Part shown: positions 1 through 7,935 of the stretch, piece by piece
Numbering within the stretch: position 1 is the stretch's first letter
How the letters are laid out: each line of letters starts with the position of its first letter
Assembly: GCA_045602985.1 (NCBI GenBank)
Contig: JAZULH010000020.1
Coordinates: 11,610 to 75,609 of the forward strand
Reading direction: 5' to 3'
Length of the DNA: 64,000 nt
Source: Acutalibacteraceae bacterium
GTDB lineage: Bacteria; Bacillota; Clostridia; Oscillospirales; Acutalibacteraceae
Made by a program: the position numbers and the translations under genes
Notes under the pieces: generated by a model
Seen by the model: the letters and a program-made list of their open reading frames with translations, nothing else
Databases searched by the model: none
What the model was told of the DNA's origin: nothing

Positions 1-222
1 TTTGAAAATATGGTTGCTGATTATATTGAGGAAACAGGTAATCACGTAATGTACAGAGTTACCCCTGTTTTTGTAGGGGATGAGCTCGTTGCAAGGGGCG
101 TTCAGATGGAGGCTTACTCTGTTGAGGATGAAGGTGACGGCATTTGCTTCAATGTTTTTTGCTTTAATGTTCAGCCGGGTGTTGTTATCGATTACGCCAC
201 AGGTGAAAGTGAATTGGAATAA
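1..222 (+). CDS. C-terminal fragment of a DNA/RNA non-specific (EndA-like) nuclease; 5' end lies outside the window
   Basis: The frame of ORF 10..222 stays open to base 1. The tail YRVTPVF...ARGVQMEAYSVED...FNVQPGVVIDYATGE matches my memory of the C-termini of secreted Firmicute non-specific nucleases. A hairpin terminator follows. Confidence 0.5.
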   Translation, partial: FENMVADYIEETGNHVMYRVTPVFVGDELVARGVQMEAYSVEDEGDGICFNVFCFNVQPGVVIDYATGESELE

Positions 223-233
223 AAATAAATACT

Positions 234-270
234 GCCATAAGCTCAATGGGTGGGCTTATGGCGGTTTTTT
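234..270. terminator. Bidirectional intrinsic terminator between convergent genes
   Basis: Stem gccataagc (234-242) pairs with gcttatggc (254-262), followed by TTTTTT. On the other strand a T-rich tract also follows. It overlaps the stop codon of the minus-strand HAD gene. Confidence 0.8.
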
Positions 271-910
271 ATGCCAACAAATCTTCGGGTTTATTTAAAA
301 TATGTGTAGCTCCTGCATCCGTCAGCTCCTGAAGGGTTCCGAAGCCGAAAACTGCTCCTGCGCTGTCAATACCAACGGCATTTGCGCCGTCGATATCGTA
401 GAATCTGTCACCTGTCATAATTACGGTTGATTTATTGGGATTGCCGAAATAGTCCAGGCAGGCAGTAATTAAATCTTGCTTGCTTGAGTGGTTGTTGCTG
501 AAGCTTTCTGCGGAAACGAAATCATAGTATTTATAAATATCGTGGTGTTGTGATATTTCATCAACAAATTGTCGTGGCTTGGATGAGGCGACTGCAATTT
601 TTTTGCCTCTGCTTTTTAATTCTTGTAGCATTTGCGGTACACCGTCATAAAGCACGGATTCTTCTGCTGCCTTTACTCTGTATCGCTCCCTGTATTTTTC
701 TATAAGCCATTTTGCATCTTCGTCATTTACACCGTATAGTGTTTTGTAGCTTTCAAAGAGGGGCGGACCTACAAAAAAACGGAGTTTTTCTCTGTCATTT
801 TCCTCGATTCCATAGCATTTTAACGAATAGATTACAGAGTTGAAAATGCCTTCCGTTGTGTCACAAAGAGTTCCGTCAAAGTCAAAAAGATAAACATCAT
901 AGTCCTTCAT
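269..910 (-). CDS. HAD-superfamily hydrolase (phosphoglycolate phosphatase-like, subfamily IA)
   Basis: The N-terminal motif LFDFDGTLCDT (DxDxT) is present. The later SSK and GDRxxD motifs are typical of HAD-IA phosphatases. Length is 213 aa. Confidence 0.85.
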   Translation of the reverse strand: MKDYDVYLFDFDGTLCDTTEGIFNSVIYSLKCYGIEENDREKLRFFVGPPLFESYKTLYGVNDEDAKWLIEKYRERYRVKAAEESVLYDGVPQMLQELKSRGKKIAVASSKPRQFVDEISQHHDIYKYYDFVSAESFSNNHSSKQDLITACLDYFGNPNKSTVIMTGDRFYDIDGANAVGIDSAGAVFGFGTLQELTDAGATHILNKPEDLLA

Positions 911-1071
911 ATAATCACCTGTGTATATTCTATAACGCTTTGGCTTAAATGTAAAGCACAGTTATAAAATATGTGTTAAAATAAGGCATATTTTAGCGTA
1001 ATTTACTATTGAAACTATAATTTGTGTGATGTAAAATTAATGGTATGTAATGTAAGAAAGAAGGCGTCTTT

Positions 1072-1548
1072 ATGGCAGAAGAATTAAAGAATAAAATAGA
1101 TGCTTTTCTGGATAAATACGTTAATCCGGAGGAAAGTCTTATTGCTCTTTTGCAGGATGTTCAATCTATTGAAGGATACATATCCCGTCAGGCTGTAGAG
1201 TATGTTACCGAAAAAACGGGTATACCCTCCAGCCGTATTATGGGTGTGGCATCCTTTTATGCAGGTTTTCGCCTTAAGCCCGTGGGTAAATACAGGGTTA
1301 TGGTGTGTATGGGTACTGCTTGTCACGTTAACGGGGCAGAGCGTATCGGCGATACAGTCAAGCGAGTTCTTGGAATTGAAGAGGGCGATGTTACCGATGA
1401 CGGACTTTTCTCTTGGGAAGAGGTTGCTTGTCTGGGTTGTTGCAGTATTGCTCCGGCCATGATGATTAATGATAGGGCGTATGGTAAACTGACTCCTGAT
1501 AAGGTTCAGTCAATTATTGATTCCATCCGAAAGGAGGAACAACAATGA
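1072..1548 (+). CDS. NuoE/HydC-like 2Fe-2S thioredoxin-fold subunit (StnA/HndA-like)
   Basis: 158 aa. The Cys pattern CMGTAC...CLGCC is typical of the NuoE family. ATGA overlap with the next gene suggests translational coupling. Confidence 0.9.
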   Translation: MAEELKNKIDAFLDKYVNPEESLIALLQDVQSIEGYISRQAVEYVTEKTGIPSSRIMGVASFYAGFRLKPVGKYRVMVCMGTACHVNGAERIGDTVKRVLGIEEGDVTDDGLFSWEEVACLGCCSIAPAMMINDRAYGKLTPDKVQSIIDSIRKEEQQ

Positions 1549-3299
1549 GAATTCTTTTGGGTTACGGCTCCTGCGGTATTGCTTCAGGTGCTGATAATGT
1601 GCTGAATAGCATGACAGAGATTTTGTCGGGTTCGGACATTTCTGTAGAAAAGGTGGGCTGTAACGGACTTTGCTTTGCTGAGCCTGTTTGTGAAATCATA
1701 ACAGATGACGGCAAAAGTATACTTTACGGCAGGCTTGATAAGGAAAGCGGTAAGGCTCTTGCCGAATCTGTTATTAACGGTAATCCCATGGTTGAAAACA
1801 GACTCACTGCAGAGGAGCTTCGTTTTCTTGAAGGTCAGACCCGTATCGTTTTATCGGGCTGTGGTAAGGTTAATCCCGAAAGTATTGATTCCTACATTGC
1901 AGGCGGCGGCTATAACGCCTTGAAAAAAGCATTGGATATGGGTTCCGATGGTATTATAAATGAAATTAAAAAATCAGGCTTGCGCGGCAGAGGCGGTGCA
2001 GGCTTCCCCACTCATATAAAATGGCAGGCTGCAAAAAACTCTCTGTCAGATGAAAAGTATGTTGTTTGTAATGCGGATGAGGGAGATCCCGGTGCGTTTA
2101 TGCACAGAGCAGTTCTTGAGGGTGACCCCCACAGAGTGCTTGAGGGTATGATGATTGCCGGTATTGCCGTTGGTGCCGAAAACGGCATTATATATGTCCG
2201 TGCGGAGTATCCTTTGGCAGTTAAACGCTTGCAGAATGCCATAGATGAGATGCACCGTAACGGTATTTTGGGTAAAAATATTTTCGGTAGCGGTTTTAAT
2301 TTTGATTTTTATATTATGATGGGTGCAGGTGCGTTTGTTTGCGGTGAGGAAACTGCTCTTCTTGCATCATTGGGCGGTAACAGGGGAATGCCTGTTACAA
2401 AACCACCCTTCCCTGCTCAAAAGGGATTCAGAAAACAGCCCACCAATATTAACAATGTTGAAACATTTGCAAATGTCAGCTGGATAATAGAAAACGGCGG
2501 TGAAGCCTTTGCTGCTATGGGTACTGAGGGCAGTAAGGGTACAAAGGTTTTTGCCCTTGCAGGTAAGGTTAAAAGAGGCGGACTTGTGGAAGTTCCTATG
2601 GGTCTTACAATAAATGATATTGTTTTTGGTATATGCGGCGGCATCAAGGATGATGCTTGTGTCAAGGCTGTCCAGATGGGCGGTCCTTCAGGTGGTTGTA
2701 TTCCACGTGATATGCTGGATACAGTTATAGATTACGAAAATATTGCCGGAACAGGTGCTATTATGGGCTCAGGCGGTATGATTGTTATGGATGAAAATAC
2801 ATGTATGGTGGATATGGCGAAGTTCTTTATGGACTTTACAAGCAAGGAAAGCTGTGGTAAATGTGTTCCGTGCCGTATAGGTACAACACGTATGCTGGAA
2901 ATTCTTAAGCGTATTTGTGACGGAAATGGCGTGGCAGAGGATATTGATACCCTTGTTGATTTGGGTGAAAGCATAAAGGTTGGTGCTCTTTGCGGTTTGG
3001 GTAACTCTGCTCCCAACCCTGTGCTTACCACAATCAAGTATTTCAGAAATGAGTATGAAGCCCACATAATCCGTAAGGAATGTCCTGCAAAAAAATGTAC
3101 ATCACTTATCAGATTTGAAATAGATGAGAACAGGTGTAAAGGTTGTTCCCTTTGCAGCAAAAAGTGTCCTGTAGAGGCTATCAGCGGTCAGTTGAAAAAT
3201 CCTTATGTTATAGATAATTCCAAATGTATTCGTTGTTCGCAATGTCTTGATAACTGTAGGTTTGGTGCAATTGTTAAAAAGAGTGGAGGGGTGCAGTAA
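1545..3299 (+). CDS. NuoF/HydB-like NAD(H)- and FMN-binding iron-sulfur subunit (StnB/HndC-like)
   Basis: Contains GLRGRGGAGFPT (FMN/NADH site) and the SCGKCVPCR 4Fe-4S motif. There is an N-terminal thioredoxin-like domain and a C-terminal 2x CxxCxxCxxxCP ferredoxin domain. Confidence 0.9.
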   Translation: MRILLGYGSCGIASGADNVLNSMTEILSGSDISVEKVGCNGLCFAEPVCEIITDDGKSILYGRLDKESGKALAESVINGNPMVENRLTAEELRFLEGQTRIVLSGCGKVNPESIDSYIAGGGYNALKKALDMGSDGIINEIKKSGLRGRGGAGFPTHIKWQAAKNSLSDEKYVVCNADEGDPGAFMHRAVLEGDPHRVLEGMMIAGIAVGAENGIIYVRAEYPLAVKRLQNAIDEMHRNGILGKNIFGSGFNFDFYIMMGAGAFVCGEETALLASLGGNRGMPVTKPPFPAQKGFRKQPTNINNVETFANVSWIIENGGEAFAAMGTEGSKGTKVFALAGKVKRGGLVEVPMGLTINDIVFGICGGIKDDACVKAVQMGGPSGGCIPRDMLDTVIDYENIAGTGAIMGSGGMIVMDENTCMVDMAKFFMDFTSKESCGKCVPCRIGTTRMLEILKRICDGNGVAEDIDTLVDLGESIKVGALCGLGNSAPNPVLTTIKYFRNEYEAHIIRKECPAKKCTSLIRFEIDENRCKGCSLCSKKCPVEAISGQLKNPYVIDNSKCIRCSQCLDNCRFGAIVKKSGGVQ

Positions 3300-5617
3300 T
3301 GAGCAAGGTTACAATATTTATCAATGGTAAAGAATACTGTGCCGATACAGAAAAAACTCTTCTTGATAACATTCTCGACAGCGGTGTGTATCTGCCCCAC
3401 CTTTGCCACAACAAAGAGCTGGAAAGCTACGGCGGATGCGGTTTGTGCCTTGTTGAGCTTGAAGGCAGTCGCAAGCCGTTGAGGGCTTGCTCGCTTAACG
3501 TAAGCGAGGGTATGAGGGTTACAACCTCCACACCTGAGCTGGAAAAAAGCAGACGCGCAACTCTTGCACTCATAATGTCAGACCACGGCGGTGACTGTAA
3601 GGCGCCTTGCTTTATGGCTTGCCCCACACACCAGGATGTGCAGGGCTATGTGGGTCTTATTGCCAACGGCAGGGTTCAGGAGGCACTTGAGCTTATAAAA
3701 CAGGATAATCCGTTGCCTGCATCCATAGGCAGGGTCTGTCCTCATCCTTGTGAAGAAAAGTGCCGCAGAAAGCATCTTGAGGGCGCAGTTTCTATATGTG
3801 CGCTCAAGCGTTTTGCCGCGGATTCAAATGTTGATTATGTGCCCGATTGCGAGGCACTAAACGGCAAAAAAATTGCTGTAGCAGGTGCAGGACCTGCAGG
3901 CCTTTCGTGTGCATATTTTCTTGCACGCAAAGGATACAGTGTTGATGTTTTTGAGGCGCAGGAAAAAGGCGGAGGTATGCTCCGTTACGGCATACCTGCA
4001 TACAGACTTCCTGAAGCCGTCCTTGATAAAGAAATTGAATGTATAGAAAAAATGGGTGTTAAATTCCACTATTCACAAAAAATGGGCAGGGATTTTACAA
4101 TAAGCTCCCTTAAAAGCAGCTATGATGCTGTTTTTGTTGCTACAGGTGCCTGGCGTTCTGTGAGCCTTGGCTGTCCCGGCGATGATGCACAGGGTGTTGT
4201 CGGCGGTATTGATATGCTTTACAGAGCTGCAAAGGGCGAAACCTTTACACTCGGTAAAAGGGTGTGTGTTGTAGGTGGTGGTAATACAGCTATTGATGCA
4301 GTTCGCACATCTGTAAGGCTTGGGGCTGAAAGTGTTACCCTTATATACAGACGCACGGAGAAGGAGATGCCTGCAGAGATTGAAGAAATACGTGATGCTA
4401 AGGCAGAGGGTGTTCAATTCCGTTTCCTTGCAGCTCCTGTTGAGGTTGTAACACAGAATGGCAGGGTAACCGGCATAAAGGTTCAAAATATGGCACTCGG
4501 TGAACCTGACTCAAGCGGCAGGTGTACACCTGTGCCCATTGAGGGCAGTACAGAGGTTATTCCCTGTGATACCGTTATTTCTGCAATAGGGCAGAGGGTT
4601 GCAGGGGAGGATATAGACCTTGTGGAGCTTACCCGTAAATCAACCATAGCTGTTGATGAATTGACATATATGACATCAGTAGACGGCGTTTTTGCTGCAG
4701 GCGATGTTATAAACAAGGGGCCTGATATTGCTGTCAAAGCGATTGCAGGTGGTAAGTATGCTGCTCGTTCAATTGATTGTTACATTAAGGGTATTCAGGT
4801 TCCTGCACAGCTGCCGGATTACTCTGTGAACAAGGCATTTGACCCATCATCGTTACAGGGTACAGGTTTTGTTGGCAGGAACGAACAGGTTATGGCAGAG
4901 CCTTGTGAAAGAAAAGGCGATTTTCGTGAGGTTGCAAGCACATTTACAGAGCAACAGGCCTTAAGTGAGGCGTCCCGCTGTCTTGAGTGCGGTTGTATGA
5001 GCGTTTATTCCTGTGTGCTTTTGCCCTTAATGCAGAGCTACGATGCTTTATCTGTATCCTTTAAGGGTAAGGTAAGGCAGTATGCCAAGGATAAAAGTCA
5101 TCCGTTTATAATCAGGGATAACAACAAGTGTATACTTTGCGGTCAATGTGTAAGGGCATGTAAGGAGATTTCCGGTACAGAGAATCTTGGGCTTCTGGGC
5201 AGGGGATTCGGAACAGTGCCTGCAAGTGCCTTCGAGTTACCCCTTAATGACAGCAAGTGTATATCCTGCGGAGCCTGTGTAAATGTTTGTCCTACAGGTG
5301 CTCTGGTTGCGGTTTCACCTGCAATTAAAAATCCTCCGCTTCCCTTTGAGGAAGAAAGCTATACCTGCAGACTTTGTGAAAATGCCTGCGGTTTTACACG
5401 ACATATGGTACACGGAAGAACCATAGCAATGATACCGCAAAGATTAGACGAAAGCTGTTCTTTGGGCGTATTTTTACCTGTTGTCAAGGATAACGCTGAA
5501 GGTGCTTTAAGTGCAGATAAAAAGGATTTGATGAAGAAAAAGCTGTGCGGAGATTTGGGAAAATATACAGGCAACGATGTGACAGAGCTTTCATTTGATG
5601 AATTGGTTGTACTTTGA
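3299..5617 (+). CDS. Fusion protein: NuoG/HydA-type N-terminal 2Fe-2S domain, GltD/NfnB-like FAD/NAD(P)H oxidoreductase, and C-terminal 4Fe-4S ferredoxin module (StnC-like)
   Basis: N-terminus has CHNKELESYGGCGLCLVE...AC. The GltD signature CPHPCEEKCRR is present. Two dinucleotide folds are seen: AVAGAGPAGLSCAY and VVGGGNTAIDA. The C-terminus has CILCGQCVRAC and CISCGACVNVCP. No H-cluster or molybdopterin motifs are present. TAATG overlap with the upstream gene. Confidence 0.85.
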   Translation: MSKVTIFINGKEYCADTEKTLLDNILDSGVYLPHLCHNKELESYGGCGLCLVELEGSRKPLRACSLNVSEGMRVTTSTPELEKSRRATLALIMSDHGGDCKAPCFMACPTHQDVQGYVGLIANGRVQEALELIKQDNPLPASIGRVCPHPCEEKCRRKHLEGAVSICALKRFAADSNVDYVPDCEALNGKKIAVAGAGPAGLSCAYFLARKGYSVDVFEAQEKGGGMLRYGIPAYRLPEAVLDKEIECIEKMGVKFHYSQKMGRDFTISSLKSSYDAVFVATGAWRSVSLGCPGDDAQGVVGGIDMLYRAAKGETFTLGKRVCVVGGGNTAIDAVRTSVRLGAESVTLIYRRTEKEMPAEIEEIRDAKAEGVQFRFLAAPVEVVTQNGRVTGIKVQNMALGEPDSSGRCTPVPIEGSTEVIPCDTVISAIGQRVAGEDIDLVELTRKSTIAVDELTYMTSVDGVFAAGDVINKGPDIAVKAIAGGKYAARSIDCYIKGIQVPAQLPDYSVNKAFDPSSLQGTGFVGRNEQVMAEPCERKGDFREVASTFTEQQALSEASRCLECGCMSVYSCVLLPLMQSYDALSVSFKGKVRQYAKDKSHPFIIRDNNKCILCGQCVRACKEISGTENLGLLGRGFGTVPASAFELPLNDSKCISCGACVNVCPTGALVAVSPAIKNPPLPFEEESYTCRLCENACGFTRHMVHGRTIAMIPQRLDESCSLGVFLPVVKDNAEGALSADKKDLMKKKLCGDLGKYTGNDVTELSFDELVVL

Positions 5618-5662
5618 GGATGTTTTGGTTATATTTATATATAATAAAAAACAAATTATGTG

Positions 5663-5691
5663 TTGACATTCGCTTTCAATTGTAATATAAT
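5663..5691 (+). promoter_or_regulatory. Consensus sigma-70/SigA promoter for the cohesin-like gene
   Basis: TTGACA (5663-5668), 17 nt spacer, TATAAT (5686-5691). Confidence 0.75.
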
Positions 5692-5775
5692 CTATTCAGG
5701 CTATAAGTGTCGCTATACCTATGCCCACTCATATAGCACGGGTTTTTCCCAAATTCATATAAAAGGAAGATATAA

Positions 5776-6834
5776 ATGAAGAAAGCACTTGCGATTTTTC
5801 TTTCCGCGCTTCTCATCTGCATTATGATTGCACCGATGGGTGCCGCGGCAACAGGTCCGGCTCTCACAACCAAGGTTATCGAGGGCGAGTATTCAAAGTC
5901 AGCAAATGGTGTTGCGGCTGTTACAGCAACCACATTTACAATTGTTGTTACAGCTCCTCCGGTTGAGAACCTTACAGGTGTTAACCTTTACTTTGAGTAT
6001 GATCCCGCAATCCTCAAGGTTAAGAGTGCAGGCTTTGCGGCAGACACTGACGGAACAAAGTTTTTCTCAGGTCTTGAGGTTACAGGTCCTAAAGCTGGCG
6101 TTGACAATCAGTACGCTTTCGCTTGGATTCCCTCAGGCAGCGGTGTTTCAAAGGCAGAGGCAAGAGACCTTCTCTACATAACCTTCAATGTTCTTGATAC
6201 AACAAAGGCACAGACTCCTGTATACCTTTACATTGATGAGTTCCGTACAGATGATGCCTCAGCGGATAACGACATCACTTCAACAGTCCTTTTCAATAAC
6301 AATATAGTTAATTTCAACTATCCTGAAAATACTCCCCCTGCAGAAACTGCTCCCGTTATTAACGGCACTACAGCAGAGGGTGAGGGCGCAACAGCCGGCG
6401 ATATCAACGCTCTTCTTCAGGTTATCAGAGATTTACTTGCAGGTAACGGCGTTACATTTGCAGACTTCTCAGATGCAATTGCAAACGTTCTTGGTAATGC
6501 TGAAATTACAGATATCGTTGAACAGTTGGTTGACGGCGATATGAACATTGCAGATGCATTCGCAGATTTCCTTAAGTCAATTGGTCTTGACTTTGATTCA
6601 TTTGAAGATATTCTTAATAAGATTATTGAGTTTATTATGGGTCTCTTCAATAGTGACGATAGTGGTGAGGATGAAACGACAACTGCTCCTGCAGGTAACT
6701 CATCAACAACTGCAGCAGGTTCATCAAGCGGTTCTGTAAACACAGGCGATAAGGGTGTTGCTCTTGCCGCAACAGTTTGTGTAATCTCAACTGCAGCATT
6801 CGTTCTCACAAGAAAGAAAAAAGACATTATTTAA
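5776..6834 (+). CDS. Secreted, C-terminally anchored cohesin-domain-like surface protein
   Basis: Signal peptide MKKALAIFLSALLICIMIAPMGAAA. The ~150 aa beta-rich domain with LYFEYDPAILKVKS and ITFNVL motifs resembles cohesin modules. An acidic helical region and a Ser/Thr linker follow. The C-terminus is VNTGD, a hydrophobic helix, then RKKKD. Confidence 0.6.
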   Translation: MKKALAIFLSALLICIMIAPMGAAATGPALTTKVIEGEYSKSANGVAAVTATTFTIVVTAPPVENLTGVNLYFEYDPAILKVKSAGFAADTDGTKFFSGLEVTGPKAGVDNQYAFAWIPSGSGVSKAEARDLLYITFNVLDTTKAQTPVYLYIDEFRTDDASADNDITSTVLFNNNIVNFNYPENTPPAETAPVINGTTAEGEGATAGDINALLQVIRDLLAGNGVTFADFSDAIANVLGNAEITDIVEQLVDGDMNIADAFADFLKSIGLDFDSFEDILNKIIEFIMGLFNSDDSGEDETTTAPAGNSSTTAAGSSSGSVNTGDKGVALAATVCVISTAAFVLTRKKKDII

Positions 6835-6863
6835 TCGGAATCGCAAGTTCGTAATTAAATAGT

Positions 6864-6899
6864 AACACCGTTCGGGTTATCCGAACGTTGTTTTTGTTT
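6864..6899 (+). terminator. Intrinsic terminator of the cohesin-like gene
   Basis: Stem aacaccgttcgg pairs with ccgaacgttgtt (one mismatch), with a T-run at 6888-6895. Confidence 0.75.
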
Positions 6900-6929
6900 C
6901 TTTTATATTATGTTTGATGCTATGAGGGT

Positions 6930-6965
6930 AAAAAAACAGGCGTTGCGGTTTTATACGCAACGCCT
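6930..6965 (-). terminator. Intrinsic terminator of minus-strand gene 6977..7855
   Basis: Stem aggcgttgcg (6938-6947) pairs with cgcaacgcct (6956-6965). The A-run at 6931-6936 is a T-run on the minus strand. Confidence 0.8.
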
Positions 6966-6976
6966 TAATTCTTTTA

Positions 6977-7855
6977 TTACATACCCAGCATGGATGAGAA
7001 CATATTCTTTTTCTTTTCCTTTTTGGGCTTGTAAAGGGGAGGGTTTTCCAAGCGCATTTTTGCACTTTTACTTTTTCTGAGGTAGTTGATTATTTCAGTA
7101 ACAGGCTCGTTCATAGTGTCGCTGAAGTAGCTCTTAGCATTATCAATAAGCTCGGGATTTTCTGCAAGTGAAACACCTAAGATTGTAACACCAACAAGGC
7201 TCTGTGTGTCGTTTGTGCCATCCTCGTAAATATCGTTCAGCAGGTTGAAAAGCTTGCGCATTTTAACCTTGTCATTTTCGCGGATTGTTTCAATAACAAC
7301 AGCATTGCCGTGGTTTACAAAGAAATCCTCTGCAAGGAACTCTCCGTAGGTTTCGATATTGAGCTTGTACTCGTTGCGAAGCTCGGGATAAATAGTGGTG
7401 AAACGACTGCCAAGGGTATTGGCATCGTAAGACAAAGCACCACTTTTTGCCTGTGTGCGGGAAACAGGGGTGGGCAGCTTTTTGCCTGCCATTGAGCTTT
7501 TATTTGAAAAGTTCTTTTCAAAGGTTTCAATATATTCTTCAAAAATATATTTAAGGTCACGTTCCTCGAAGGAATCAAGCTCCAGAAGTGAAAGTGAAAT
7601 TCTGGGCATATCATCGTCCGGGGCATCGCTTTCGTCTGCACGGGCAAGGAAGAGGGCAAGCTTGTCGTTTTCAAACTCAATACGTACACGACCCTTTTCG
7701 CCACGGTACATAATTACAGATTTGTTGCCGATTGTGGCAATAGGAAGGTCAGGCTTCTGAACTCCCTCGGGGTATTCAACGGCAAAGCCCAAGTCGGTCA
7801 ATGTGCCCTCAATACCCTTCATAATAAGATTAAGCGCATAATTTAATTCAAGCAC
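6977..7855 (-). CDS. Hypothetical cytoplasmic protein (acidic, Lys-rich C-terminal tail)
   Basis: 292 aa ORF with its own terminator. It has no TM segment and no motif I recognise. Confidence 0.65.
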   Translation of the reverse strand: MLELNYALNLIMKGIEGTLTDLGFAVEYPEGVQKPDLPIATIGNKSVIMYRGEKGRVRIEFENDKLALFLARADESDAPDDDMPRISLSLLELDSFEERDLKYIFEEYIETFEKNFSNKSSMAGKKLPTPVSRTQAKSGALSYDANTLGSRFTTIYPELRNEYKLNIETYGEFLAEDFFVNHGNAVVIETIRENDKVKMRKLFNLLNDIYEDGTNDTQSLVGVTILGVSLAENPELIDNAKSYFSDTMNEPVTEIINYLRKSKSAKMRLENPPLYKPKKEKKKNMFSSMLGM

Positions 7856-7935
7856 TGTTAAGTACCTCGCATTTCTTTAAAATCCAATAGATTATAGCAT
7901 ATCTTAATATGTTTGTCACTATATATTTTTTAAAC

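Noticed and set aside
3299-5617. Possible [FeFe]-hydrogenase or formate dehydrogenase catalytic subunit next to NuoE/NuoF-like genes
   Set aside because: No H-cluster motifs (TSCCPxW, MPCxxKxxE, ExMACxxGCxxG) are present, and there is no molybdopterin or selenocysteine region. The middle of the protein is clearly GltD-like, with two dinucleotide folds.
6380-6640. Possible degenerate dockerin (GDINALL..., GDMNIADAF...) in the cohesin-like protein
   Set aside because: The Ca-binding DxNxDGxxxxxD loops are not present, and the repeat spacing does not fit a dockerin duplication.
6417-6827. 136 aa antisense ORF inside the cohesin-like gene. Similar long antisense ORFs exist at 2732..3160, 4073..4486, 8492..9043, 16328..16738, 18424..18915, 24202..24642, 36075..36584, 52311..52772, 57309..57908 and 62234..62701.
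   Set aside because: These are shadow ORFs opposite well-supported genes. They have low-complexity or odd composition, no RBS, and no recognisable motifs.
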